Below, piece by piece: positions 35,368 to 44,773 of a stretch of 64,000 bases of DNA. Position 1 is the first letter of the stretch; each line of letters begins with the position of its first letter. Under the pieces are notes generated by a model that did no database searches, was not told the DNA's origin, and worked only from the letters and a program-made list of their open reading frames with translations. Source of the stretch: Acidimicrobiaceae bacterium (GTDB taxonomy: Bacteria; Actinomycetota; Acidimicrobiia; Acidimicrobiales; AC-14); assembly GCA_039649175.1 (NCBI GenBank), contig JBBWZS010000020.1, positions 1,450 through 65,449 of the forward strand, given 5' to 3'. The position numbers and the translations under genes are program-made.

Positions 35368-36033
35368 ATGAGCGAGCCGGCGCCGCCCACGGGCGCACCC
35401 CGGCCCCGCATCTTCCTGGTCGACGACCACCATCTGTTCCGGTCGGGGGTCCGGGGCGAGCTGGGCGACGCCGTCGACGTGGTGGGCGAGGCGTCGGAGG
35501 TGGCACCGGCGGTGGAGATGATCATCGAGCGGCGGCCCGACGTCGTGCTTCTCGACGTGCACCTGCCCGGCGGTGGGGGCCGGGCGGTGATCGAAGGGGT
35601 GGCGCCGGTGGCGCCCGAGGTGCGCTTCCTCGCCCTGTCGGTGTCCGATGCCGCCGCTGACGTCATCGGCGTGATCAGGGCGGGCGCCCGGGGCTATGTC
35701 ACCAAGACCATCTCCGGCCCGGAGCTGGCGGCGGCCATCGGGCGGGTGGCCGGCGGTGACGCCGTCTTCTCGCCCCGCCTGGCCGGGTTCGTCCTCGACG
35801 CCTTCGCCGACGGCGGTGAGCCCACCGGCGACAGCGACCTCGACCAGCTCACCGCCCGGGAGAAGGAGGTGCTGCGCCTCATCGCCCGGGGCTACCCGTA
35901 CAAGGCGGCGGCTCGCGAGCTCAACATCGGGACCCGCACGGTGGAGACCCACGTGTCGTCGGTGCTGCGCAAGCTCCAGTTGTCGAACCGCAACGAGCTC
36001 ACCCGTTGGGCCGCCGAGCGCCGGCTCATCTGA
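35368..36033 (+). CDS. LuxR/NarL-family response regulator
   Basis: IFLVDDHHLFRSG...DVVLLDVHLPGG receiver domain. C-terminal LTAREKEVLRLIARGYPYKAAARELNIGTRTVETHVSSVLRKL. Confidence 0.9.
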   Translation: MSEPAPPTGAPRPRIFLVDDHHLFRSGVRGELGDAVDVVGEASEVAPAVEMIIERRPDVVLLDVHLPGGGGRAVIEGVAPVAPEVRFLALSVSDAAADVIGVIRAGARGYVTKTISGPELAAAIGRVAGGDAVFSPRLAGFVLDAFADGGEPTGDSDLDQLTAREKEVLRLIARGYPYKAAARELNIGTRTVETHVSSVLRKLQLSNRNELTRWAAERRLI

Positions 36034-36151
36034 CATTCTGCCGGGATTCTCGGCCGGCTGGGCCCTAGACTGGGGTGGCTGCGGACGAACGGAGGCGACG
36101 CTGTCCCCTGACCCTGGCGCCGACGGCAACGGGCCGGCTCCGGACATCGAA

Positions 36152-37114
36152 GTGGTGCCCCCCACGGGCCCGATCCCCCTCTCCCGGGGAGCGGCCGAAC
36201 GGGCGCTGCTGCGCGTCGACCACTACCCCCGCCACGCCGAGCTGACGGGCGTCCACCGGCTCACGTCCACCGGCACCGTGTTCCTCGATTTCATCGTCGT
36301 CGACGACCAGCCGTTCGTCTTCCAGCCGGGCTACTTCGTGGGGATCCAGGCCGAGGTCGACGGCATCGGCCTGCGCCGCAGCCCGTACTGCATCGCCTCG
36401 CCACCGAACGACGAGCGCAGGTTCCGCCTGCTGGTGCGCGAGGTCACCGAGGCGCCGATGTCGTACTACCTCACCGGCCTCAACATCGGCGACGTCATCA
36501 ACTTCCGGGGTCCCAGCGGGCGCTCGATGATCCCGAGGGACGGTGACCACGATCTGGTGTACCTGGCCACCGGGGTCGGGGTGGGCCCCGTCCTCGCCCT
36601 CGTCGACCACCTGGCCGCCCATCACATCGAGAAGAAGGTGACGCTGTACTGGGGCCTGCGCCTCACGTCCGACATCTGCCTGCTCGACGAGCTCGACGCC
36701 CTGGTGGCGCGCTACCCGTCGTTCAGCTACCGGATCACCCTCTCGCAGCCGCCTCCCGACTGGGACGGGTTGCGGGGCCGGGTCACCGAATCGGTGCCGC
36801 CGTTGCTCGGAACCCTGGGAGACAAACGGTTCTACCTGGTGGGCAACGGCGCCATGATCGCGGAGATGGAGTTCGCCCTGTCCGACCTGGGCGTCGACCG
36901 GACCCTGGTGCACCAGGAGGTGTACTTCAACGTGCGCTACCGGCCCGACCCCATGGCCCTGGCTGACATCCGCGCCCGGTTCGTGGCCAACGACTTGTTC
37001 TCGCCCCACAGTCACCAGGAAGCGGGCCTGCTCTACCCGGAGAACCCCATCTCCCGCCGGCGCCGGCCGAGCACGTCGATGGGCTCACCCGGCACTCCCC
37101 GCCGGCCCGAGTAG
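36152..37114 (+). CDS. Ferredoxin-NADP reductase-like FAD/NAD(P)-binding oxidoreductase
   Basis: RRSPYCIAS (RxYS-type FAD motif), LVYLATGVGVGPV, FYLVGNGAMI. Start codon is uncertain (GTG 36152/36155). Confidence 0.7.
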   Translation: MVPPTGPIPLSRGAAERALLRVDHYPRHAELTGVHRLTSTGTVFLDFIVVDDQPFVFQPGYFVGIQAEVDGIGLRRSPYCIASPPNDERRFRLLVREVTEAPMSYYLTGLNIGDVINFRGPSGRSMIPRDGDHDLVYLATGVGVGPVLALVDHLAAHHIEKKVTLYWGLRLTSDICLLDELDALVARYPSFSYRITLSQPPPDWDGLRGRVTESVPPLLGTLGDKRFYLVGNGAMIAEMEFALSDLGVDRTLVHQEVYFNVRYRPDPMALADIRARFVANDLFSPHSHQEAGLLYPENPISRRRRPSTSMGSPGTPRRPE

Positions 37115-37127
37115 CACCGGCGCACCG

Positions 37128-38231
37128 ATGGACGTGCTCGTCGTCGGGGCGGGCCTGGCCGGTCTCACCGCGGCCGCCGACCTGCACGCCGCCGGGTTGT
37201 CGGTCGCCATCGTCGAGGCGCGCGACCGGGTGGGCGGACGGCTGTTGACCCTCGCTCCCGACGGGCTGGGCCATGGCGCCTGGTTCGACCTGGGGGCCAC
37301 CTGGTACTGGGGCGACCAACCGCAGATCCGGGCCCTGGGCGCCGAGCTGGACCTCGAGTCCTTCGCCCAGTTCGCCGACGGCCGCGGTCTGGTCGAGGAG
37401 GCACCGGGGGACGGGCCCATCCCCGTCGACGTCCCCCCGGCTGCCCCTGCCGAGCTCCGCTTCGTCGGGGGTGCCCAGCAGCTGTGCCTGCGCCTGGTCG
37501 AACGCCTGCCCGCCGACTCGGTGATCCTCGCCACCTCGGTCACCGCCCTGTCCGCCGAGGGCCGCGGCGTGACGGCCGCGACCTCCGGCCCCGGGGCGGA
37601 GGCGGGGCGGGTGGAGGCGTCGTTCGCGGTCGTGGCCGTGCCTCCCCGCCTGGCCCTCGAGCGCATCACCTTCACACCGCCGTTGCCCGCCGAGGTGGCC
37701 CGGGTGATGAAGGCCACCACCACCTGGATGGCCCAGGCCGTCAAGTGTGTGGCCGTGTACGACACGGCGTTCTGGCGCCGGGCGGGATGGTCGGGCTTCG
37801 CCTTCAGCACCACCGGGCCGTTGCGCGAGGTGCACGACGCCTGCACCCACGACGGCTCCGTCGCCGCCCTGTGGGGCTTCCTCGCCGGCGACGACGAGGT
37901 GCGTTCCATCGGGCCCGCCGAGCGGGCGCCGTTGATCTTCGCCCAGCTGGAGCGCCTCTTCGGGCCCGCCGCCGGCGACCCCGCGCAGTACTTCGAGCGG
38001 GACTGGTCGGCCGATCCCAACACCATCGACGACGAGTGGTACTGGGTGGAGGGCGAGCCCCTCGATCACGGTCACCCGGCTCTGGGCGAGGCGTTGCTCG
38101 ACGGGCGGGTGGTGCTGGCCGGCGCAGAGACCGAGGCCGTGGGGGGCGGCCACATGGAGGGCGCGGTGCGGTCGGGCCACCGGGCGGCCGAGCTCGTCCT
38201 GGGCGCGGCGGGTGCCCGACATACGGAGTGA
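37128..38231 (+). CDS. Flavin-containing amine oxidase family protein
   Basis: MDVLVVGAGLAGLTAAADLHAAGLSVAIVEARDRVGGRL dinucleotide-binding motif. C-terminal ...LAGAETEAVGGGHMEGAVRSG. Confidence 0.8.
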   Translation: MDVLVVGAGLAGLTAAADLHAAGLSVAIVEARDRVGGRLLTLAPDGLGHGAWFDLGATWYWGDQPQIRALGAELDLESFAQFADGRGLVEEAPGDGPIPVDVPPAAPAELRFVGGAQQLCLRLVERLPADSVILATSVTALSAEGRGVTAATSGPGAEAGRVEASFAVVAVPPRLALERITFTPPLPAEVARVMKATTTWMAQAVKCVAVYDTAFWRRAGWSGFAFSTTGPLREVHDACTHDGSVAALWGFLAGDDEVRSIGPAERAPLIFAQLERLFGPAAGDPAQYFERDWSADPNTIDDEWYWVEGEPLDHGHPALGEALLDGRVVLAGAETEAVGGGHMEGAVRSGHRAAELVLGAAGARHTE

Positions 38232-38327
38232 GCGTGGCTCGAACTCGAGAGTGAGCAGCGGCCGGGCACCCGGCGGACCGGCTCGGTACCATACGATCCC
38301 ACGTTCAGGCAAAAGGGGAGGCCGAAC

Positions 38328-39068
38328 ATGAGGGTCAAATGGTCTGCAGCCGTCTTGGTGACACCTCTGTTGTTGCTGGTGCCGATCGTGAGCAGCGCCC
38401 CGGCTGGCGCCGGGCTGACCGCAGTGTGCAATGTCGGTCCCGACCAGCCGCCGATCCCGGCCACCATCACCGGCTCGGGGTTCATCCAGGGCACCTCGGG
38501 CGACGATGTGATCGTCGGCAGCGCAGGCGACGACACCATCGTCGCGTCGGGCGGCAACGACGTCATCTGTGCCGAGGGCGGCAACGACACCGTCAACGGG
38601 GGGGGCGGTGACGACACCATCTTCGGTGACGGCGCCGGTCCCAACGACCCACCACCGTTCGGCCCGGGTGGCGACGACCGCCTGGTCGGGGGCTCGGGCA
38701 ACGACCAGATCTTCGGGTTGGGGGGCAACGACAGCATCCAGGGCAGCGATGGAAATGACTTCCTCGTCGGCATGGGTGGTGAGGATCGAATCAGGGGTGG
38801 CGACGGGAAGGACACCATCTTCGGTGGTCCCGGCGACGACAACCTCGGTGGCGACACCGGCAACGACACCATCTTCGGGAACTTCCAGAGCGACACCATC
38901 TTCGGTGGAGGGGGATCCGACTTCATCAACGGTGACAACCCCCCCGGCGAGCCCGGCGGCCCTCCGGGCGGCCCTCACGAGACTCCCGGCGCCACGGACA
39001 CCTGTGACGGCGGAGGATCGATCAACACCATCGTCAACTGCGAGGTGGTGACGGGCGGCGTCGCCTGA
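38328..39068 (+). CDS. Secreted calcium-binding protein with hemolysin-type (RTX, GGxGxD) repeats
   Basis: Signal peptide, then repeated G(S/G)xG(N/D)DxI nonapeptides. Confidence 0.75.
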   Translation: MRVKWSAAVLVTPLLLLVPIVSSAPAGAGLTAVCNVGPDQPPIPATITGSGFIQGTSGDDVIVGSAGDDTIVASGGNDVICAEGGNDTVNGGGGDDTIFGDGAGPNDPPPFGPGGDDRLVGGSGNDQIFGLGGNDSIQGSDGNDFLVGMGGEDRIRGGDGKDTIFGGPGDDNLGGDTGNDTIFGNFQSDTIFGGGGSDFINGDNPPGEPGGPPGGPHETPGATDTCDGGGSINTIVNCEVVTGGVA

Positions 39069-39141
39069 TCCTCGGCGGCTGGCCGCCACACCCTTCCGAC
39101 GTGCATGGCGCGCCTGAGGCGGGCCCTGCACGGTTGGGATT

Positions 39142-40194
39142 TCAGGCGGCGTAGACGTCGATCTCGGTGGCTTTCACCGACACCCAGACCGGGCCTCCGT
39201 CCCGGAGGTGGAGGTCGGCAGCGGCCGCCGGCGTCACCTCGGCCACGATGGGCGGGGAGCCGGCGATCTCGACCCGCACGCGATCGGCCTGGAGATCGAG
39301 GGCTCCGGCCTCGCCCGCCCAGATGTTGCGGGGGCTGCCCTCGGGACGGCTGCGGTGCAGGGCGACGGCCCGGGGGTGCACCAGGGCGAAGACGGGCCCC
39401 CGCAGGTCGCCGGCCACGGTGAGCGAGCCTCCGGCGGTGAGGGTGACCTCGGCGCCCCGGGCCGTGCCCTCGAAGAGGTTGAGGCCCACCAGGGCGGCCA
39501 CCCACGGCGAGCGGGGCCGGGCCGTGACCTCCGACATGGGCCCCTGCTGGGTGACCCGGCCGTTCTCGACGACCACGAGGCGGTCGCCGATGGCCATGGC
39601 GTCGACGGGGTCGTGGGTGACCATCACCCGGACGCCGGCCGACCCGGCCAGCCGGGCCCGCAGCTCACGGCGTAGCTGGGCCCTGCCGGCGGCGTCGACC
39701 GCGGCGAGGGGCTCGTCGAGCAACAGGAGGGCGGGCTCGGTGGCCAGGGCCCGGGCCAGGGCCACCCGCTGGGCCTCGCCCCCCGACAGGGCGGAGGGGC
39801 GGCGGGAAGCGAGCTCGCCGACGCCCATCCGGTCGAGCCACTCCCGCGCCGACCGGCGGGCGCCGAACCGCCGCCGGCCCCTGGCCCGCAGCCCGTAGGC
39901 GACGTTGTCGAGGGCGCTCAAATGCGGGAACAGGAGGTAGTCCTGGAACACGACGGCGACCGGTCGCCGCTCGGGCGGCACGTGGATGCCGGTCGCGGTG
40001 TCGTCGAGCACGACGCCGTCGAGGACAACGTGGCCCCGGTCGATGGCGGTCAGTCCCGCCAGGGCGCGCAGCAGGGTGGTCTTGCCTGCGCCGTTGGGGC
40101 CGACGACGGCGACGATCTCGGCGGCGGTGGCGTCGAGGGCGACGGCGAGGTCGAGCGATCCCACCCGGACGGCCAGGTCAGCGCGAAGACCCAT
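39142..40194 (-). CDS. modC: Molybdate ABC transporter ATP-binding protein with a C-terminal TOBE/Mop domain
   Basis: GPNGAGKTT, LSGGEAQRVALARAL, LLLDEP. Operon context with modB and modA. Confidence 0.85.
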   Translation of the reverse strand: MGLRADLAVRVGSLDLAVALDATAAEIVAVVGPNGAGKTTLLRALAGLTAIDRGHVVLDGVVLDDTATGIHVPPERRPVAVVFQDYLLFPHLSALDNVAYGLRARGRRRFGARRSAREWLDRMGVGELASRRPSALSGGEAQRVALARALATEPALLLLDEPLAAVDAAGRAQLRRELRARLAGSAGVRVMVTHDPVDAMAIGDRLVVVENGRVTQQGPMSEVTARPRSPWVAALVGLNLFEGTARGAEVTLTAGGSLTVAGDLRGPVFALVHPRAVALHRSRPEGSPRNIWAGEAGALDLQADRVRVEIAGSPPIVAEVTPAAAADLHLRDGGPVWVSVKATEIDVYAA

Positions 40195-40975
40195 CTCCTC
40201 CCACCAACCTCCCCCGTAGGGCCACCAGCACGGCCAAGGCGACCCCCAGCAGGACCAGCGACAGGGCGATGGCGCCCTCGGGCCGGGTCTGGAGGGTGAC
40301 GTAGATGGCGCTGGGCATGGTCTGGGTGCGGCCCGGGAGGTTGCCGGCGAAGGTGATGGTGGCGCCGAACTCGCCCAGGGCGCGCGCCCAGCACAGGGCG
40401 GCGCCGGCGGCCACCGAGGGAGCGGCCAGGGGAAGGGTGACGGTGCGGAACCTCCGCCAGGGGCCGGCCCCCAGGGTCGCGGCGGCCTCGTCGTAGCACC
40501 GGTTGGCCTGGCGCAGGCCGGCCTCGGCGGTGATGACCAGGAACGGCATGGCCACGAACGCCTCGGCCACGATCACCCCTCTGGTGGTGAAGGGCAGCGG
40601 GAACCCGGGCAGCGACCCGAAGTGGCGTCCGAGGAAGCCGCCCCGTCCGAACGCCGACAGCAGGGCGACGCCGCCCACGACGGGCGGCAGCACCATGGGC
40701 AGCAGGACCAGGGCTCGCACCAGCGAGCGGCCGGGGAACGACAACCGGGCCAGGACCCAGGCCAGCGGCACCCCGAGCACGACGGCCACCGCCAGCGCGC
40801 CCAGCGAGCACTCCAGCGAGAGGCGCAGGGCCTGGCCCACCTCGGGAGTGGACAGCTCCGGGCCCAGCCGTGACCACGGCGCCCGTTGCAGCAGGCCGAT
40901 GAGGGGCACGGCGACCAGCGCCACTGCCCCCACCGCGGGCACGACGAGCCCCAGCGGTGGACGGGCCTTACTCAC
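40178..40975 (-). CDS. modB: Molybdate ABC transporter permease
   Basis: CysTW-type permease with the EAA loop ...ARALGEFGATITFAGN. Confidence 0.85.
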   Translation of the reverse strand: MSKARPPLGLVVPAVGAVALVAVPLIGLLQRAPWSRLGPELSTPEVGQALRLSLECSLGALAVAVVLGVPLAWVLARLSFPGRSLVRALVLLPMVLPPVVGGVALLSAFGRGGFLGRHFGSLPGFPLPFTTRGVIVAEAFVAMPFLVITAEAGLRQANRCYDEAAATLGAGPWRRFRTVTLPLAAPSVAAGAALCWARALGEFGATITFAGNLPGRTQTMPSAIYVTLQTRPEGAIALSLVLLGVALAVLVALRGRLVGGDGSSR

Positions 40976-41775
40976 GGGGCCCCGAAGCCGTGGGACGCCA
41001 GGGTGGCCTCACCGGCGCCGCCCACCAGGTCGTCGACGAACGCCTGGGCGCGGCGGCGGTTCGTGGTGGCGCGCACCACGGCAGCCGGATACCGGGTCAC
41101 CACGTTGGCATCGTCGGGGATCTCGACTCGTGTCACCTCGTCGCCGGCCGCGGCCGCGTCGGTGACGTAGACGATGCCGGCGTCGGCGTCGCCGGATGCC
41201 ACCCGGCGCAGCACCGCCTTCACGTCCAGCTCCCGTGACACCGGGTGCACCGTCACACCGGCGCGCCGCAGCGCCTCGGCGGCCGACCGTCCCGCCGGCA
41301 CCGCAGGGTCGGCGAGGACCACCCTCCGGTCGTCGTTGGCCAGGTCACCCAGCGAGGACACACCCTTGGGGTTGCCTCTTTGCACCACGATGGCCAGCTT
41401 GTTGTGCGCGAAGATCCGGGGAGCGTCGACCAGCCCGGCCGCCACCAACGGCGCCATGCTGGTCTCGTCGGCGGTGGCCACCACGTCGGCAGGGGCGCCG
41501 GCGCCGACCTGGGCCACAACCTGCTGGGACCCGGCGAAGCTGTAGGTGACGGCCAGGCCGGCGTGGTCGGTCGCCCGCCGCCAGCCGGGGTCGTCGAACG
41601 CCTCGGTGAGCGAGGCGGCCGCCACCACGGTGAGCGAGCCAGTGGCGCCATGCGTCGATGGCGGCGAGGCACCGACGTGGCAGCCGCCGGCGGCCAGCGC
41701 CGTGACCGCGAGCATCGCCGTCGCCACCACCGCCCGCGGGCGGGAACGGCGCCGGCCCCCTCTCACTCCGGTCAC
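40972..41775 (-). CDS. modA: Molybdate-binding periplasmic lipoprotein
   Basis: GTGA overlap with the upstream regulator gene. Signal/lipobox ...LAAGGC. LTVVAAASLTEAFD, FAGSQQVVAQV..GAPADVVATAD. Confidence 0.8.
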   Translation of the reverse strand: MTGVRGGRRRSRPRAVVATAMLAVTALAAGGCHVGASPPSTHGATGSLTVVAAASLTEAFDDPGWRRATDHAGLAVTYSFAGSQQVVAQVGAGAPADVVATADETSMAPLVAAGLVDAPRIFAHNKLAIVVQRGNPKGVSSLGDLANDDRRVVLADPAVPAGRSAAEALRRAGVTVHPVSRELDVKAVLRRVASGDADAGIVYVTDAAAAGDEVTRVEIPDDANVVTRYPAAVVRATTNRRRAQAFVDDLVGGAGEATLASHGFGAP

Positions 41776-42173
41776 TCCGGCGCCGCCACCTCGATGACCA
41801 CGTTGGTGGCCTTGATGACGGCGACGGCCAGCATGCCCGGCGCCAGGCCCAGCTCGTCGGCCGCCTCCCGGCTCATCAGCGACACCACCCGGTGGCGGCC
41901 GGCGTAGATCTCCACCTGGGCCATCACCTTGTCCTTGACCACCTCGGTGACGATGCCGGCGAAGCGGTTCCGTGCCGATCCCGACACGACGACACCCGAG
42001 TCGGGCCCCGACGCCTGCGCCGAGGCGAATTGGGCCAGCACCTCGCCGTCGACGACGCGGCGGCCGCCCGCGGTGCGGGTCGTGGCCAACTTGCCCGCAT
42101 CGGCCCACCGCCGCACGGTGTCGGGGCTGACCCCGAGCAACTCGGCTGCCTGCCCCATGCGATACGCCACCAT
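41772..42173 (-). CDS. Excisionase/MerR-type HTH plus TOBE (Mop) domain molybdate-responsive regulator-like protein
   Basis: MGQAAELLGVSPDTVRRWADAGKL (HTH), then ARNRFAGIVTEVVKDKVMAQVEI...AVIKATNVVIE (Mop/TOBE). Confidence 0.75.
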   Translation of the reverse strand: MVAYRMGQAAELLGVSPDTVRRWADAGKLATTRTAGGRRVVDGEVLAQFASAQASGPDSGVVVSGSARNRFAGIVTEVVKDKVMAQVEIYAGRHRVVSLMSREAADELGLAPGMLAVAVIKATNVVIEVAAPE

Positions 42174-42384
42174 GGCGGCAAGCCTAACCCGCAGTTGCTG
42201 CTTCGTTCCCTCTCTCCTCCCCATACCTGCGGGTCGGATGCATGTTGGAGCCGACGTTTGCGCCCACGGTCAGAAACCCGGAAGACGGTGGGCCTCAGCG
42301 GGGTTGTGATGAATGGCGGACGGGAGCCTCGGGTCGTCAGCCCGACGCCGAACCGAATCTTTGGCCGTACGACTCACGTGGAGC

Positions 42385-43332
42385 ATGCCCATGCCGCAAG
42401 GCAGCAGCGATCGTTCGAATACCGAGGACATCCTCCGGCGCTACCTGTGCGAGATCGGCCGCACACCGCTCCTCAGCAAGGATGACGAGCAGCGTCTGGG
42501 GCGGGTGATCGCAGACGGGCGCAGTGCTGCCTCGGCGTTGCGACGTCGGGGCCAGGAACTGCCCGCGGAACGGCGTGACGAGCTGGAGGCGGCGGTGGCC
42601 GAGGGCGAGAAGGCGGCTCAGACCTTCGTCGAGTCGAACCTGCGCCTGGTCGTCTCCGTGGCCAAGCGCTACCAGTCGTCGGACCTCCCGCTCCTGGACC
42701 TGATCCAGGAGGGCAACCTCGGCCTGATCCGGGCGGTGGAGAAGTTCGACGTGACCAAGGGGTTCCGGTTCTCCACCTACGCGACCTGGTGGATCCGTCA
42801 GGCCATCGGCCTGGCCGTGGCCAACACCGGCCGCACCATCCGCCTTCCGGTGCACGTCGGCGAGACGGTCGCCAAGGTCCAGCGGGCCCGGGTGGCCCTG
42901 GAGGCGGAGCTGGGCCGCCCACCGGACATCGAAGAGCTGTCAGCGCAGACCGATCTCTCACCGGCCCGGGTCCAAGAGGCGCTCCAACAGGGGCACCACC
43001 CCACGTCGATCTTCGACCCGATGGCCGCCGACCACGACCTCACCCTGGCTGACGTCATCGAGGATCCCAACGAGACCAGCGCCATCGACCAGGTCATCGC
43101 CGCCTCGCTGCCCGCCCAGGTTCGGGACCTCCTGAGCGTCCTCACCGATCGAGAGCGCGAGATCGTCTGTCTGCGGTACGGCCTCGATCGGGGGAAGCCT
43201 CGCACTCTCGCCGAGCTCGGTCACGCCTGCAGGCTCAGCCCCGAGGGTGTCCGTCACGTGGAGAAGAAGGCCCTGGCCAAGCTGCGCCGCCAGTGCACCT
43301 CGGCCGGCCTCATCGACCTGCTCGCCGGCTGA
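42385..43332 (+). CDS. Sigma-70 family RNA polymerase sigma factor (group 1/2-like)
   Basis: YLCEIGRTPLLSKDDE, NLRLVVSVAKRY, DLIQEGNLGLIRAVEKFD, FSTYATWWIRQAI, region 4 LTDREREIVCLRYGL. Confidence 0.85.
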   Translation: MPMPQGSSDRSNTEDILRRYLCEIGRTPLLSKDDEQRLGRVIADGRSAASALRRRGQELPAERRDELEAAVAEGEKAAQTFVESNLRLVVSVAKRYQSSDLPLLDLIQEGNLGLIRAVEKFDVTKGFRFSTYATWWIRQAIGLAVANTGRTIRLPVHVGETVAKVQRARVALEAELGRPPDIEELSAQTDLSPARVQEALQQGHHPTSIFDPMAADHDLTLADVIEDPNETSAIDQVIAASLPAQVRDLLSVLTDREREIVCLRYGLDRGKPRTLAELGHACRLSPEGVRHVEKKALAKLRRQCTSAGLIDLLAG

Positions 43333-43395
43333 CACCGGTCACGGCGCGTCGCCGCGCCTCCCCGGGGTGATTCCCGAGAACTGACCCCGATCCCT

Positions 43396-44304
43396 TCAGC
43401 GGGCCCGGGCGGGAGTGCGGGTGGTGGTGCGGGCGCGGGAAGGGCCGGCGGAGGGGCGCTTCGGGGCAGCCTGGCGCTTGACGCGACCGGCGGCCTCCTT
43501 GGCCTCGCCCTTGACCGCTTCGGTCGACCCCTTGGCCTGGCGCTTCACCCGAGAGGTCGCCCCCTTGGCCTCCTTGGTGACCGTCTCGGTGGCGTCGGTG
43601 GCCCGCTCCTTCACCGTGCCGACCGACGACTCGGCCGTGCCCTTGACCTGCCCGGCCGCCTCGGTGGCCGTCTCCTTGACCTTCTCGAGGCTCTGCTGGG
43701 CGCTGGATTGAAGCTCGCCGGCCACCGACTTGCCCGCCTCGGCCACGCTCTTGGTGATCGGCTCCAGCCTCTCCTTGGCCTTGTCGGTGAGCTGCTTCTC
43801 CCTGTCGGTGGGCGGAAGCAGGGCGGCGGCGAAGAACCCGCCGGCGAAGGCCAGGAGGCCGGCGGCGACGGGGTTGCCCTCGGCCTTGCGGCGAGCCCCC
43901 TGCGGGGCGTCGCGCACGTTGTCGACCACCGTCGAGGCCGCCGAACCGGCGCGCGCTCCCACGGTGGGGCTCTGGGCCCGGACGGTGCCGGCCCTTCCGG
44001 ACAGCTGGCCCCCGCCGATGCTGGCGCTGCCACTCCCGTTGCCACTGCCGTGGCCATTGCCGTTCCCGCTGCCGCTTCCGACCACGCTGCGCACCCCCTG
44101 GCGGACGGCGTCCGCCCCTCGTCGGGCCAGCCGGGCGGGGCTGACCTTCTCCTTCACGTCGTCGACCTTGTCGGCCAGATCGGCCTTGGCCCTGGCCACC
44201 ACCTTCTTGGGGGCGACTCGGTCGCCCACGGCCTCGAGCGTCTCGCCCAGGTCTTCGCGGATGTCGTCGATCTCGCTCCTGAGCTCCTCCGGGCTTCTGT
44301 CCAT
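43396..44304 (-). CDS. DUF3618-like stress-associated protein with apolipoprotein-like repeats
   Basis: MDRSPEELRSEIDDIREDLGETLEAVGDRV. One TM segment. Repetitive K/E/A-rich C-terminus. Confidence 0.65.
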   Translation of the reverse strand: MDRSPEELRSEIDDIREDLGETLEAVGDRVAPKKVVARAKADLADKVDDVKEKVSPARLARRGADAVRQGVRSVVGSGSGNGNGHGSGNGSGSASIGGGQLSGRAGTVRAQSPTVGARAGSAASTVVDNVRDAPQGARRKAEGNPVAAGLLAFAGGFFAAALLPPTDREKQLTDKAKERLEPITKSVAEAGKSVAGELQSSAQQSLEKVKETATEAAGQVKGTAESSVGTVKERATDATETVTKEAKGATSRVKRQAKGSTEAVKGEAKEAAGRVKRQAAPKRPSAGPSRARTTTRTPARAR

Positions 44305-44305
44305 C

Positions 44306-44773
44306 TCAGTACCTTCTTCCCCATGCGTCGCTGTAGGTGGGTTGCTCGGAGCTGTTGACGCCCCGCTGGAGTGAGTCCTTGGCCGTCTCCACGTCTTCCT
44401 TCACCGTCTCCACCGTCTGCTGCGGCACGGGGCGGACGGTGGACAGCTTGGACTTGCCCTGGACGGCCAGGACGCCGGCCACGGCCAGGAAGACCACACC
44501 GACCACGAGGAAGGCCACGCCCGCGGGCATGATCTCGGCCAGCCCCCACGCGGCGGCGAAGGCGAGCAGGATCAGGGCGACGAAGCCGACGGCGCCGGCG
44601 GCTCCGAACGCCCCCAGCCCCTTGCCCGCCTGGGCGATCTGCTCCTTGGTCTCGACCCGGGCCAGCTCCATCTCCTTGCGGACGAGTTGCTGGAGCTGAC
44701 CGGTGACGTCGGAGATGAGCTCGCCCAGGGACGGTTCGTCCTTGCTCATCGAAGCGGAGGGGCCCACGGTCAC
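44306..44773 (-). CDS. Actinobacterial 'holin-X'-family small membrane protein (not prophage-associated here)
   Basis: SLGELISDVTGQLQQLVRKEMELARVE followed by two TM helices. Confidence 0.65.
   Translation of the reverse strand: MTVGPSASMSKDEPSLGELISDVTGQLQQLVRKEMELARVETKEQIAQAGKGLGAFGAAGAVGFVALILLAFAAAWGLAEIMPAGVAFLVVGVVFLAVAGVLAVQGKSKLSTVRPVPQQTVETVKEDVETAKDSLQRGVNSSEQPTYSDAWGRRY

Noticed and set aside
44306-44773. 'Phage holin'-family gene as evidence of a prophage
   Set aside because: No integrase, capsid, tail, terminase or lysin genes are nearby. It sits in a conserved three-gene actinobacterial stress-type operon (DUF3618 / holin-X-like / helical-repeat protein).
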